NCBI GenBank assembly: GCA_045545475.1
Contig: JAZQAZ010000029.1
Location: forward strand, 1 to 64,000
From: Clostridia bacterium
GTDB taxonomy: Bacteria > Bacillota > Clostridia > CAKSNL01 > HGM11501
DNA: 64,000 nt
Direction: 5' to 3'
A program made the position numbers and the translations under genes. Shown piece after piece: positions 31,197-42,107 of the stretch; within the stretch, counting starts at the first letter, position 1; each line of letters opens with the position of its first letter. The notes under the pieces are model-generated. The model searched no databases, was not told the origin of the DNA, and saw only the letters and a program-made list of their open reading frames with translations.

Positions 31197-32006
31197 TTAA
31201 GTTATTTCCCGAAGATGAACCCCTGCTCCTTTTTCTATAATTTTCTCCTTTAACATATCTTCCGTTATTTCAGACTTTATGTTGCCGTTGCAGTCTATAA
31301 CCTTTATCAAAGCATATTTTCCCGGAGGAATGAGCGGTAAAATTCTCCGTGCAGAAAGACTTTCTTTTGCCGCAAGCATAAATACTTTGGCATATCCATC
31401 TTTAAGCTTATCATCGGATATAAGAACATCTGCAAAAAATGCTGTTTTGCCGTTATCCGCAATTGCCGCAAAAAGCAAAAACGCCCCTGAAGTAAATACC
31501 GATAAATTAAATCCGGCCGTAAATGCCTGAAAAACACCCAGAATTGAGAGGATTACTCCACCCGAAACCGAAATTATTTTCATCAGCGAAAGTGCCTTAA
31601 AACTGCCCGCAAAAAAAGAAACAAGAATGAAAACAATTCTTCCCCCGTCCAGTGGCATAACCGGAAAAAAATTTATTATACTCATGGCAAGATTTATTTC
31701 AAAAAGCGGCCCTTCTCTAAAGAAAAGAAGCATGAGTAAATTGAAAGCCGGACCGGCCACTGCAACCAGACACTCCTTCAAGGGATCTTTTCCCGTATTT
31801 ATGAAAAGCTTGCACCCATACGGCATAATTGCAATACCGTGGCATTTTTCTTTAAGCAAAAGTGCCGCTGTAAGATGACACAATTCGTGACACATAGCTG
31901 TCAAAAAAGCCATTGCCGTAATAAAAAATGTTCCTGCAAAAAAAGACGCCGCAAAAATAATGAAAAAGGTAAAATGGATATATAACCCCTTTGTTATCTT
32001 GATCAC
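31197..32006 (-). CDS. M50 site-2 protease, SpoIVFB-like
   Basis: HELCH, AVAGP, NFFPVMPLDGGR. Confidence 0.8.
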   Translation of the reverse strand: MIKITKGLYIHFTFFIIFAASFFAGTFFITAMAFLTAMCHELCHLTAALLLKEKCHGIAIMPYGCKLFINTGKDPLKECLVAVAGPAFNLLMLLFFREGPLFEINLAMSIINFFPVMPLDGGRIVFILVSFFAGSFKALSLMKIISVSGGVILSILGVFQAFTAGFNLSVFTSGAFLLFAAIADNGKTAFFADVLISDDKLKDGYAKVFMLAAKESLSARRILPLIPPGKYALIKVIDCNGNIKSEITEDMLKEKIIEKGAGVHLREIT

Positions 32007-32197
32007 TTGATGCCTGCCTCCGAAAATGCGTTTATTTCTGCTTTTTCAGAAAACTCATGAATTGCCGAAAGTGCATCCTCTCCCGCTTCGATGAGCACTT
32101 TTGCAAGTTCGTCATTAAATACCGATGCCGCAAGAAGGCACATCATAGCAATTAAAACAATACAAAAGCCCATCCCCATTGCTTTTAAAAACCTCAC
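32003..32197 (-). CDS. small membrane/secreted hypothetical protein
   Basis: Hydrophobic N-terminus; overlaps M50 gene start. Confidence 0.5.
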   Translation of the reverse strand: MRFLKAMGMGFCIVLIAMMCLLAASVFNDELAKVLIEAGEDALSAIHEFSEKAEINAFSEAGIK

Positions 32198-32305
32198 AAA
32201 AACAACCTCCTTTTTTTGTCTAAAATTCCCAAACTTTTTTAGCTTTGCAACCTTGCAAAGACAAAATTTGTATTATTTATGAAACCCGATGAAAGGAATG
32301 ATTTT

Positions 32306-33934
32306 ATGAAAAAGAAATTATCGGCACTCCTATTAACCACCTTAGCTTTTCTTTCTCTTGCAGGATGCAAAGCTCCCGAAGTTATCGGCATCCACGAAAC
32401 AGAGGATGACGGAGAATACTTTATCACCGCAGATTATGCTGAAGGCGAAGCCAGGGAAAAAGCCTCAGCAACAGAAAATTCCAGCGTGTATATGAATGGC
32501 TTTGACTATAACTCTCTTTCAGAAGAAGAGTATGAAAACGTCGATGAATCCGGATTCAAAAATCCCGTTACAAGTCCGCTTTCCACCTTTTCGGCAGATG
32601 TTGACACTGCATCTTACTCCAATATCAGAAGGTATATTCTTAGAGGAGAGCTTCCTCCCCCGGATGCAGTTCGCACCGAGGAAATTATAAACTATTTCGA
32701 TTACGACCTGCCATCTCCGACGGGCGAAACTCCGTTTTCGGTTACTACAGAGCTTCATAGCTGTCCATGGAACAAGGACAATCTTCTTTTGATGCTTGCC
32801 GTGAAAGGCGAAGAAATTACTAAAAAAGTTCCACAAAATCTGGTATTTTTAATTGACACCTCAGGCTCCATGCATCAGGATAACCGCCTTCCTTTAATAC
32901 AGAAATCCATAAACCTTTTACTGGATAAGCTTGACGATGACGATAAAATAACCATAGTTACCTATGCCGGAAGCTCGGGAATTCTTCTTTCTCCCACCAA
33001 GGCAAAGGAAAAAGGAAAAATAATGGATGCGGTAAATTCATTGGAGGCTATAGGTTCCACCAACGGAGAAGCGGGAATCCGCCTTGCGTATGATGCCGCC
33101 CTCGATAACAAAGTAAACGGCAATAATCGCATAATTCTTTGCACCGACGGGGATTTCAATTTAGGAATAACCGACAATGTAAGACTCGAAGGTTTAATTG
33201 AAGAAAAAAGAGAGCTTGGCATTTATCTTACCGTTCTGGGCTTTGGTATGGGAAATTACAAGGATTCCAAAATGGAGACCTTAGCCGACAAGGGCAACGG
33301 CAATTATTATTACATAGATTCTTTGATGGAGGCAAAAAGAGTGCTTTCAGATAAGCTGACAGGCACTTTATACACCATTGCCGACGATGTTAAATTCCAG
33401 GCAGAGTTCAACCCCAAAAAGGTAAAATCCTACCGTCTTATAGGCTATGACAACCGACTTCTCGAAACGGAAGATTTCGACGATGATAAAAAGGATGCAG
33501 GGGAAGTCGGCTCCGGCCACACCTTGGTTGTTCTTTACGAAATCGAGCCTGGAGATGCCACGGAAAACGCAAACCTTAAATATCAGAGTGTAATTGACAA
33601 GGGCGATTTATTAACCTTCCGCATACGTTGGAAAAATCCCGGAGAGGATGAAAGCAAGCTTTCCGAATATATAATAAATAAGAAACTCTCCTTAAAGCCG
33701 AGCAAAAACTTTGCCTTAGCTTCTTCCGGTGCTGAGCTTTCACTCCTCCTCAAAAACTCCGAATACAAAGAAAATGCAAGCTTTGAGTCGGTAATAGAAA
33801 ATGCAAAGCTTGCAGCAAAAGCAGACGATCCCTTCGGTATAAGGGCAGAATTTCTGCAGATAGCAGAGCTTGCCGCAATCCTTTACGAAAGCAATGATGA
33901 GTACATTTGCGGATACCCTAAATACGAAGACTGA
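32306..33934 (+). CDS. vWA-domain lipoprotein (YfbK-like)
   Basis: Lipobox LAGC; STFSADVDTASY; MIDAS DTSGSM; TDGDFN; YRLIGYDNR. Confidence 0.9.
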   Translation: MKKKLSALLLTTLAFLSLAGCKAPEVIGIHETEDDGEYFITADYAEGEAREKASATENSSVYMNGFDYNSLSEEEYENVDESGFKNPVTSPLSTFSADVDTASYSNIRRYILRGELPPPDAVRTEEIINYFDYDLPSPTGETPFSVTTELHSCPWNKDNLLLMLAVKGEEITKKVPQNLVFLIDTSGSMHQDNRLPLIQKSINLLLDKLDDDDKITIVTYAGSSGILLSPTKAKEKGKIMDAVNSLEAIGSTNGEAGIRLAYDAALDNKVNGNNRIILCTDGDFNLGITDNVRLEGLIEEKRELGIYLTVLGFGMGNYKDSKMETLADKGNGNYYYIDSLMEAKRVLSDKLTGTLYTIADDVKFQAEFNPKKVKSYRLIGYDNRLLETEDFDDDKKDAGEVGSGHTLVVLYEIEPGDATENANLKYQSVIDKGDLLTFRIRWKNPGEDESKLSEYIINKKLSLKPSKNFALASSGAELSLLLKNSEYKENASFESVIENAKLAAKADDPFGIRAEFLQIAELAAILYESNDEYICGYPKYED

Positions 33935-34048
33935 GCCGCATTTTAGGCTATACCACAAGTATATTTTTAAAAGATACCAAAAATGACGGGAAAATGTTGA
34001 CTGTAAAAAGATTTTGTGGTATTATATTAAAGAAAGGAGATGTTTTAC

Positions 34049-34279
34049 ATGAAATCTTTTAACATCGCACTTAATTCTATTTTAGACGTAAAGGAGTTCG
34101 TTAACATCGTTAACAAGTGCCCTTACGACATCGACCTTGCATCCTCCAGATATGTGGTTGACGCAAAATCAATCATGGGCATCTTCAGCCTTGACTTAAG
34201 CAAGCCCATTAAAGTTACCGTTCACTCCGAGGACTGTGACGATCTGGTTGCCGAGCTTAAGAAATATACTATAGATTAA
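34049..34279 (+). CDS. HPr-like protein
   Basis: VDAKSIMGIFSL (Ser46 motif); no His15 motif. Confidence 0.85.
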   Translation: MKSFNIALNSILDVKEFVNIVNKCPYDIDLASSRYVVDAKSIMGIFSLDLSKPIKVTVHSEDCDDLVAELKKYTID

Positions 34280-34285
34280 GTAAAT

Positions 34286-34320
34286 AAAAAAATACCGTGG
34301 CTACGCCACGGTATTTTTTT
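34286..34320. terminator. bidirectional terminator
   Basis: AAAAAATACCGTGGC-TAC-GCCACGGTATTTTTT. Confidence 0.8.
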
Positions 34321-35239
34321 ATTCCTCCAGATGCTTTTTTTCGTCGAAGTTTCTTATTCTTTCAATAAATTGTGTCGGGGTTTCCCCTGTGGTTTTTTTA
34401 AATACTCTTGAAAAATAGTGAACGTCGGAAAATCCCACTTCATTTGCCACCTCGCTGACTGTCTGATAAGACTTGTTTAAGAAAAGCTCCTTTGCACGGT
34501 TTAAGCGGCAATAAGTCACATAACTCATGGGGGTGGTTTTCATTTCAGAGCGGAAATATCTTATAATCTGCTGTTTTGTGACATTTGAGTGCTTTGCAAT
34601 GTCTGATAACGTAATTTCTTCGGTATAGTTCTGCTTTATAAAGGAAAGGGCACGGCGTAAATTGGGAGGCACAACTTTTTCTATTCTTGTCTCATCCTTT
34701 ATTCTTTCCCTCGTCTCCTCTGTCATAAGAGCCAGAATTTCGCAAAGAGCCAAAGATGTTGCAAAGCCGCTCTCTATATGGTGGCGGGAAAAGTTTCTAC
34801 GGAGGCGAGCGAAAGCCCCTGAAAACTCACTCTCCTTCCCATTAAAGTCACAGCATTCCGAAAGATATGCCGTATAAGGGTTTTCGTCAATTCCGTTTTC
34901 AAGGATATTTTTATTAATGCTGTCACGCCTTTTTATGATTTCTCCCTTAAGCTCATCTACTGAAAGAGGCGTTACCTCTCCTGACTTAAAGTGTATATAT
35001 GTCATTGTGCAAAAAGAATCGCCCACAGGACTTCTTTTATAGCTTTGACTCTCCGGGATGAAAAAGAGACTTCCTTCTCCTACAATATGCTCCTCTCCAT
35101 TTATCTCAATCAAGCAATTTCCTTTTTCAACATAGATAAAAATATTGTAAGGATCTGCCACCTGCCACACGGTTTTTCTGGTAACAGAATACACCCTTGT
35201 AACCTTCGGAAAGTGCGATAAATCCAAACCATAAAACAC
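34319..35239 (-). CDS. AraC family regulator
   Basis: VANEVGFSDVHYFSRVFKKTTGETP. Confidence 0.9.
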   Translation of the reverse strand: MFYGLDLSHFPKVTRVYSVTRKTVWQVADPYNIFIYVEKGNCLIEINGEEHIVGEGSLFFIPESQSYKRSPVGDSFCTMTYIHFKSGEVTPLSVDELKGEIIKRRDSINKNILENGIDENPYTAYLSECCDFNGKESEFSGAFARLRRNFSRHHIESGFATSLALCEILALMTEETRERIKDETRIEKVVPPNLRRALSFIKQNYTEEITLSDIAKHSNVTKQQIIRYFRSEMKTTPMSYVTYCRLNRAKELFLNKSYQTVSEVANEVGFSDVHYFSRVFKKTTGETPTQFIERIRNFDEKKHLEE

Positions 35240-35361
35240 AAAACCGCCCCATTTATGTTAATTTTGTCCACTATTTTAATAATAAAATCTATTTACAATT
35301 ATAGCATCTCTTTTTATAATTGTAAATAGATAATTAAGCAAATGCTTAAGGAGGTATTTTT

Positions 35362-36453
35362 ATGACAAAGCAGTATAAAGTTGCCGTAATAGGTTGCGGT
35401 ATGTTTGCAAATGCCCAGTATCTTCCAAATATTACTAAGGAAGCAAACGCAGTTTGCGTTGCGGTAGTTGATATAGTAAAGGAAAGAGCTCAGGCTGCCG
35501 CCGCAAAATACGGTGTTCCCGAAGTTTATGAAAATGTTTATGAATTAATCGAAAAGTGCGACTTTGATATTGCCATCGATGCAGCATCAATTCAGGCACA
35601 TCACGAAATAAATATGGCCATCCTTGCTTCCGGAAAGCACTTAATTTCCCAGAAGCCTGCCGCTCCAACGGTTGAATTATTAACTGAGCAGATTGAGCTT
35701 GCAAAGAAAATGGGCGTTAAATTTGCCTGTGTGCCTGTGCATCCCATGAGATATGACCTTGCCATCGCCAAGGATTTAATCTCCCGTGACACCATAGGCT
35801 CTCCCTATTATGCAAAGTGCAATATGTCCCACGGAGGTCCTGAATATTTCCAGTACCGTGAGGCAGATCCTTCCTGGTTTTTCGAGCCGGGTGCAGGTGC
35901 TCTTGTAGATATGGGTGTTCACGGTCTTCAGATAGTTACAAGCCTTTTCGGTCCTGCGAAGGCATTTTCCTGTATGGCTAAAATCACCACTCCCGAAAGA
36001 ATGGTACGTTCCGGTGCCTTTGACGGAAAAGTGATTAAAACGGATATGCTCCCCGACCAGTATGTTATCTGCCTTGACTACGGCGACGGAAAAATGGCAA
36101 TGGTTGACACGGGCTTTTCGCAGAAGGCAAGCCGTGCTCCACAGCTTGAAATTTTCGGCGAGAGAGGCACTCTTTCCTTCACTCGTCCCTATATGTCAAA
36201 CCCAGCACCCGATCTTTACATAGACAGTATTGATATGGGATTCAAGGGTTGGATTGTTCCCGAAATGCCTGCAAAGCCACCCAAAAAGATGATAAGCCAG
36301 TGCTGCTGTCTTTTCGACATCATTGATGCCATCGAAAACGACAAATCCCCCGTATTATCACCCGAGCACGCAAGGCACGTTCTTGAAATTATGTGCAAAA
36401 TTCCCGAGGCAATCGAAAAGGGCGTAACAATTAAACTTGAAACAACATTTTAA
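35362..36453 (+). CDS. Gfo/Idh/MocA oxidoreductase
   Basis: VAVIGCG, QKP, GALVDMGVH. Confidence 0.9.
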   Translation: MTKQYKVAVIGCGMFANAQYLPNITKEANAVCVAVVDIVKERAQAAAAKYGVPEVYENVYELIEKCDFDIAIDAASIQAHHEINMAILASGKHLISQKPAAPTVELLTEQIELAKKMGVKFACVPVHPMRYDLAIAKDLISRDTIGSPYYAKCNMSHGGPEYFQYREADPSWFFEPGAGALVDMGVHGLQIVTSLFGPAKAFSCMAKITTPERMVRSGAFDGKVIKTDMLPDQYVICLDYGDGKMAMVDTGFSQKASRAPQLEIFGERGTLSFTRPYMSNPAPDLYIDSIDMGFKGWIVPEMPAKPPKKMISQCCCLFDIIDAIENDKSPVLSPEHARHVLEIMCKIPEAIEKGVTIKLETTF

Positions 36454-36464
36454 GGAGGCACACT

Positions 36465-37553
36465 ATGGAAAAGCTTAAAATTGCCTTTTTAGGCCTTGAC
36501 CATGTTCACGCAAGTCAGATGTTTTTCTGTATGAATACAGCCTCAGACAAGGTTGAATTTATCGGTATGGCAGACTTTTTATCGAAGGATAAGGAAATTG
36601 TGGACGAAAAAGTTTCCCGAAACTGTGCAAAACAAATGCAGGATGCTGTAAAGCTTTATTATGACTATGATGAGCTTTTAAGTAAAAAGCCAGACTTGGT
36701 AATGATAAATTCCGATGTTAAAAGCCATGCTGATTGTGCCATCGAAGTACTTAAGCGTGACCTTAACGCCGTCTGCGAAAAGCCCATGGCTTTCGATATG
36801 GCTGATGCCAAAAGAATGTATAAAGCCGCAAAAGAAAGTAAGGGCGAGCTTGTCATAAACTGGCCAATCGCCTGGTTTCCCGCTTTTAATAAGGCAAAGG
36901 AGCTTGCCGATTCCGGCATAATCGGAGAGATTTTGCGTGTTCAGTACAGAAGTCCCTCAACAAGAGGCCCTTACAGACTTGACCAGTTTACTCCGGAGGA
37001 GCTTTCCAAAATGTGGTGGTATCAACAGAATCGTGGCGGAGGCTCTATATTTGACTATGCAGGCTACGGATGTGTTCTTGCCACATGGATAACCAATATG
37101 ACAGCGAAGAGCGTTTACGGCCTTAAGAAAAACTTTTTCCTGCCTTTTTCCGACGTTGAGGACTACTCTGTATTTACCATAGATTTCGGCGATAAGGTAG
37201 GCTTAATTGAAGGCTCCTGGTCAACAATGAATAACGGTGAAATCGCAACAGGCCCCGTTGTTTACGGCACCGAAGGCGTAATTGTTGCAGACCGCTTTGA
37301 CCCTGTGGTAAAGATTTATAAGGACTTAAAGCCATATCAGCCTTCTCCCGCCCCTACTGAGGTTTTTGAGTGTCCGCCCCAGACAAATGCAGATATGGCG
37401 AAAAACTTAATTGAGCATTTCACCCTTGGTGCTCCTCTGCACGAGCTTTTGACCCTGGATTTTAATATGAGAGCCGCATCTGCACTTGATGCAGGATGCC
37501 GTTCCTGCGTATCCGGCGTAAGCGAAAAGGCAGAAGATCCCTTTATAATATGA
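36465..37553 (+). CDS. Gfo/Idh/MocA oxidoreductase
   Basis: CEKPMA, INWP, GGGSIFDYAGYG. Confidence 0.9.
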   Translation: MEKLKIAFLGLDHVHASQMFFCMNTASDKVEFIGMADFLSKDKEIVDEKVSRNCAKQMQDAVKLYYDYDELLSKKPDLVMINSDVKSHADCAIEVLKRDLNAVCEKPMAFDMADAKRMYKAAKESKGELVINWPIAWFPAFNKAKELADSGIIGEILRVQYRSPSTRGPYRLDQFTPEELSKMWWYQQNRGGGSIFDYAGYGCVLATWITNMTAKSVYGLKKNFFLPFSDVEDYSVFTIDFGDKVGLIEGSWSTMNNGEIATGPVVYGTEGVIVADRFDPVVKIYKDLKPYQPSPAPTEVFECPPQTNADMAKNLIEHFTLGAPLHELLTLDFNMRAASALDAGCRSCVSGVSEKAEDPFII

Positions 37554-37568
37554 GAAAGGAAGATAAAT

Positions 37569-38684
37569 ATGAGTAAATTACGTGTTGCTTTAATTGGCTG
37601 CGGAATGATTGCAAACTCCGCACATTTCCCCGCCCTTAACATTTTAAGAGAAGAGGGCCTTATTGAAGTCATCGGCGTTGCCGACATAAGAGAAGAGGTT
37701 GCAGCAGAAACTGCGAAGAGACATAACGTTCCTTCCTACTATGCCGACCCCCAGAAAATGCTGGATGAGCTTCATCCCGACTTTGTTGCGGTTTGTACCC
37801 CCAACGCATACCACAAAAAGTGGACTATTGCCGCACTTAAGGCAGGTGCTCACGTTGCATGTGAAAAGCCCATTGCAGTAACATTTCGCGATGCCGAGGA
37901 AATGTGGAAAACCGCAGAAGAATGTGGCAAAAAACTTTTCCCCTGTCAGTGCATGAGATGGCGTAACTATATGATGCAGTCAAAACAGCTGGTGGATTCA
38001 GGCGAGCTTGGTGCTCCCTATTTTTCCGACATCGAATTTATCCGCCGAATAGGCGTTCCCACCTGGGGTTATTTCCATATGAAGGAGCATAACTGCGGTG
38101 GCCCCTTCTGCGATCTTGGCGTTCATTTAATTGACTCCCTTTTATGGATTGTGGGAAGCCCCAAGGTTGTTTCCGTTTCAGGTTCCGCCTTTACAAAAAT
38201 TGCAAACCAGGGCGAGGACATACTTTTATCCATTGCAGAAAGCGGTGCCTATTCCGGGGCCTTCACTCCAAGAAAATATGACTATAAGGAATTTGATGTT
38301 GAAGATTTTTCAACCGGCTTTATGAGACTTTCAAACGGCATGAGCGTAAACTTCAAGTTTTCCTGGGCCTTAAATCTTCCCACCACAAACCTTGATATGG
38401 TTATCTGCGGGGACAAGGGCGGTCTTTCAGTAAACAAAGAAAAGCTTTATAAAAACGTAGGCCGCTATCAGGCCGAAACCGAAATGAAATGGTTTGACAA
38501 CGGCGAATACAAAGGTGTTCCCTTTGAACAGCACCGCTATATGTACAGAAACATTATGAATACCTTAGCAGGCAAAGAAGAATACCTAATCACAAAAGAG
38601 CAGAACTTGGAGGTTGCAAAAATTATCGAGTGCTTCTACAAATCTGCCGAGCTTGGACGAGAAGTAAGGGCCGACGAGCTTTAA
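37569..38684 (+). CDS. Gfo/Idh/MocA oxidoreductase
   Basis: LIGCG, CTPN, CEKP, GGPFCDLGVH. Confidence 0.9.
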   Translation: MSKLRVALIGCGMIANSAHFPALNILREEGLIEVIGVADIREEVAAETAKRHNVPSYYADPQKMLDELHPDFVAVCTPNAYHKKWTIAALKAGAHVACEKPIAVTFRDAEEMWKTAEECGKKLFPCQCMRWRNYMMQSKQLVDSGELGAPYFSDIEFIRRIGVPTWGYFHMKEHNCGGPFCDLGVHLIDSLLWIVGSPKVVSVSGSAFTKIANQGEDILLSIAESGAYSGAFTPRKYDYKEFDVEDFSTGFMRLSNGMSVNFKFSWALNLPTTNLDMVICGDKGGLSVNKEKLYKNVGRYQAETEMKWFDNGEYKGVPFEQHRYMYRNIMNTLAGKEEYLITKEQNLEVAKIIECFYKSAELGREVRADEL

Positions 38685-38751
38685 TTTCCCCGCTTCACAT
38701 AAAAATCCGACAAGTAAATAAGAAAAGCGACTGCCGCGGCAGTCGCTTTTC

Positions 38752-40410
38752 TTATTTATTTTCGCTTTCTTTTCTTATCTGTGCTCTTTTTATCTTTCCG
38801 CCCAGTGTCTTCGGAAGCTCGTCCACAAATTCCACGATTCTGGGGTATTTATAGGGAGCTGTTGCCTTCTTTACGTGATTCTGAAGCTCTTTAATAAGCT
38901 CATCCGAAGGTGTGTAGCCCTTGGCAAGAACAACCGTTGCCTTTACAACCTGACCTCTCACGGGGTCGGGTGCGGCGGTGATTGCACATTCTACAACTGC
39001 AGGATGCTCAATTAAGGCACTTTCAACCTCAAAGGGTCCTATTCTGTAGCCGGAGCACTTTATAACATCATCGTGTCTGCCCACAAACCAGTAATAGCCG
39101 TCGTTGTCGCACCATGCAACGTCCTTTAAGTTGTAGTTGCCGCTGCCAAGTGCTTCAGCCGTCTGCTCCTCGTTTTTATAGTAGCCAACGAAAAGTCCCA
39201 CCGGGGGATTGTTTATTACATTACAGATTACAATTTCGCCTTCTTCACCTGTTCCGCACTCTTTTCCGTTCTCATTAAACAGTCTTAAATCGTAGATGGG
39301 AGAAGGCTTTCCCATTGCACCGGGGATAGGCCTCACCCACTTAAAGTCTGCAAGAAGAACTGTTCCTTCTGTCTGACCGAAGCCTGTGTGAATTTCGCCG
39401 CCCGTCAATTCCTTCCAGCGGTTAAACACCTCGGGATTTAAGGGTTCACCTGCGGTTGCCCAGTTTTTAACCGAGGACAAATCATAGGATGACACGTCTT
39501 CCTGAAGCATAAAGCGATACATTGTAGGCGGTGCACAGAAGGTGGTAAGACGATATTTTTCCATCATTGAAAGAAGCTTTGCGGGAACGAACTTTTCCAT
39601 ATCGTAGGCAAAAATTGTTGCACCGCAAATCCACTGACCGTAGATTTTACCCCATCCGAACTTTGCCCAGCCTGAATCCGATACACTCATATGAAGCTTG
39701 TTTTCCTCAACCTGCTGCCAATATTTTGCAGTTACGATGTGACCGAGAGGGTGGAAATAGTTATGCATAACCATCTTTGGCATACCGGTGGTACCGGAGG
39801 TGAAGTAAATCTGCATTATGTCACGTCCACCCGCAGAATCGGCACTTCTTTCAAAGGAGGGATCGCACTTTTCAAATTCTCTGTTGAAATTTTTGTAGCC
39901 CTCTTTATCCTTATCTCCTGCCATAAGATAATGTAATACGCCCGGCATTTCGCTTCTTGCAAGCTCAATCTGCTCGTTTACATAACTGTCCTCAAGGGAT
40001 AAAATAAGGGAAACTCCTGCTGCGTTGGCACGATATGCAATATCCTTTTTGGTAAGCTGAAGCGTTCCGGGAATAAAGGTGACACCAAGCTTCATAAGGC
40101 CACATGCCGCAACCCAGTATTCCCAGCGACGGCGAAGGATTAAAAGAGCAACGTCGCCCTTTTTAAGACCTAATGACTTAAAATAGTTTGCCGCCTTATT
40201 ACTTAATACGCTCATATCGGAAAAGGTGAAAATTTTCTCCTCGCCCTCGTCGTTGCACCATAAAAGTGCTCTGTTATCGCCTTTTTCAACGGCCCATCCG
40301 TCAACAATATCAAAGGCAAAGTTAAAATTGTCATTGGCTTTTACTTTGTAATTTGCCTTAAAGTCCTCGTAGGACGAAAATTCTGTTCTCTCTAAAAATT
40401 TCTCAAGCAT
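38752..40410 (-). CDS. acyl-CoA synthetase (AMP-binding)
   Basis: YFTSGTTGMPK, GFGQTE, GRHDDVIKCSGYRIGPFEVE, PYKYPR. Confidence 0.93.
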   Translation of the reverse strand: MLEKFLERTEFSSYEDFKANYKVKANDNFNFAFDIVDGWAVEKGDNRALLWCNDEGEEKIFTFSDMSVLSNKAANYFKSLGLKKGDVALLILRRRWEYWVAACGLMKLGVTFIPGTLQLTKKDIAYRANAAGVSLILSLEDSYVNEQIELARSEMPGVLHYLMAGDKDKEGYKNFNREFEKCDPSFERSADSAGGRDIMQIYFTSGTTGMPKMVMHNYFHPLGHIVTAKYWQQVEENKLHMSVSDSGWAKFGWGKIYGQWICGATIFAYDMEKFVPAKLLSMMEKYRLTTFCAPPTMYRFMLQEDVSSYDLSSVKNWATAGEPLNPEVFNRWKELTGGEIHTGFGQTEGTVLLADFKWVRPIPGAMGKPSPIYDLRLFNENGKECGTGEEGEIVICNVINNPPVGLFVGYYKNEEQTAEALGSGNYNLKDVAWCDNDGYYWFVGRHDDVIKCSGYRIGPFEVESALIEHPAVVECAITAAPDPVRGQVVKATVVLAKGYTPSDELIKELQNHVKKATAPYKYPRIVEFVDELPKTLGGKIKRAQIRKESENK

Positions 40411-40420
40411 TTCCTTCCTC

Positions 40421-40972
40421 CTACTCGGCAATTACAGTTAAAAATCTTGCTTTTACATCACCATAGCAACGCTGACCGTGCATATGACGGGGATTGAAAT
40501 ATATACAGTCGCCGGGATTTAAGATTATGGATTTTTCGTCAAATACCAGTTCAATTTGACCTTCCAGTACCATATTGAATTCCTGACCGGAATGGCATAC
40601 AAGTGCTGCAGGATCGTCGGAAGGGTCAAGTGTTACCAAAAGTGGCTGCATAATTTTTCCGCTGTAACGGAAGGCTAAATCCTCAAAGCGGTAGCCGGGA
40701 TAACGTTTTATATCCTCGCCCTCGCCACGGCGTACCACCTGATAGGTGTCAAGACGGGCACTTCTTCCGGTGATTATTTCTGTAAAGTCCACTCCGAATT
40801 TATTTGCCACGGCATAAACTGTGCTTATGGGCACATCTTCCCCTGTTTGTTCATATTTTTTATATGTTTCCACATCAAAGGAAAGCTCACTGCAAAGCTC
40901 CTCCACGGTATAACCGCAGGCTTCACGGAGTCCCTTTAATCTTTCGGCAATTTCATTTATTTCTTTATTCAT
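40421..40972 (-). CDS. XRE-cupin transcriptional regulator
   Basis: N-terminal HTH, HSGQEF cupin; usual partner of the acyl-CoA synthetase. Confidence 0.88.
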   Translation of the reverse strand: MNKEINEIAERLKGLREACGYTVEELCSELSFDVETYKKYEQTGEDVPISTVYAVANKFGVDFTEIITGRSARLDTYQVVRRGEGEDIKRYPGYRFEDLAFRYSGKIMQPLLVTLDPSDDPAALVCHSGQEFNMVLEGQIELVFDEKSIILNPGDCIYFNPRHMHGQRCYGDVKARFLTVIAE

Positions 40973-41122
40973 AGTAAAACCTCCCATTAAATAAGAAATC
41001 TGCAGTATATATTGTATCATAAATGAAACATTCCCGCAAGTGTCAAATTAAACGAAAAAAGATGCCCGTCGGGCATCTTTTTTCAAAAAGGGATTGAGAA
41101 ATGAGTAGGAGGGGTTGTCTGA

Positions 41123-41890
41123 TCAGCCGACATTCATCTCTAAGCGGAGCTTATCTGCAATCAGTGCGATGAATTCGGAATTTGTAGGTTTGCCTTTAAG
41201 GGTGCTTACGGTATATCCAAAAAGCTTGTAGAAAAATTCTTCGTTTCCTCTTGTGCAGGCAACCTCGATTGCGTGACGGATGGCACGTTCAACACGGGAT
41301 GATGTGGTTTTATGCCGTTTCGCAACCTCTGGATAAAGCTGCTTTGTAACAGCATGCATAAGCTCAGAATCTTTGACGGTCATCATTATCGCATCTCTTA
41401 AATAACTGTAGCCTTTGATGTTCGCAGGAATTCCCACATTATGAATAACGCCCGTAACCTTTAATTCAAGTGCTTTACCGCTTTCTTCTCCCTCGGTCTT
41501 TTTCGCATTGTCAGGGTAAAGGAGCATTTTTATTCTTTCAAAAAGAGTTTCGTAAGAAGCAGGCTTTGTTATGTAATAATCCGCACCGTAAAGCGATACC
41601 ATGTTGGAAACATAAGTACCGGAAAGTGCCGAATGTACCACTATCGCAGGCTTTTTCTCCGCTCTTGATAAAGCCTTTAACACCCCTATTCCGTCAAGCA
41701 CCGGCATTACAATATCAAGAATTACAGCATCGGGCGACAGGAGATTTATCTTTTCAAGGCCGTCTTTTCCGTTTAATGAAAATCCTACGATTTCAATTTC
41801 CCTTTCGCCCGACTCCTTTAAATAGGCATTTATTCCTTCTTCCACCTCACGGCTGTCATCAATTACAAGCACTTTTATTTTTTCTTTCAT
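41123..41890 (-). CDS. spo0A: sporulation master regulator Spo0A
   Basis: Receiver ([14 protein letters not shown]) + [35 protein letters not shown]. Confidence 0.9.
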   Translation of the reverse strand: MKEKIKVLVIDDSREVEEGINAYLKESGEREIEIVGFSLNGKDGLEKINLLSPDAVILDIVMPVLDGIGVLKALSRAEKKPAIVVHSALSGTYVSNMVSLYGADYYITKPASYETLFERIKMLLYPDNAKKTEGEESGKALELKVTGVIHNVGIPANIKGYSYLRDAIMMTVKDSELMHAVTKQLYPEVAKRHKTTSSRVERAIRHAIEVACTRGNEEFFYKLFGYTVSTLKGKPTNSEFIALIADKLRLEMNVG

Positions 41891-42010
41891 TTTTATTCCA
41901 TCCTTTCAAACATTAAATTTCTTTTTTCTATGTATTTTTGTCTGTAATTGCATTTTACCATAAATTACCAATTTATGCAAGAACTTTTTACCATTTTTTA
42001 CCATTTTTCG

Positions 42011-42017
42011 TTCGACA
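42011..42017 (-). promoter_or_regulatory. 0A box upstream of spo0A
   Basis: TGTCGAA on minus strand, upstream of a TTGCAT-17-TAAAAT promoter. Confidence 0.55.
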
Positions 42018-42107
42018 TAATACCTCAAAAAAGCAACATCGGTACTATTGACACCCCCTTTTCACTATGGTAAAATTGAATTATAACTATTAAAAGGAAG
42101 TGTTTTT

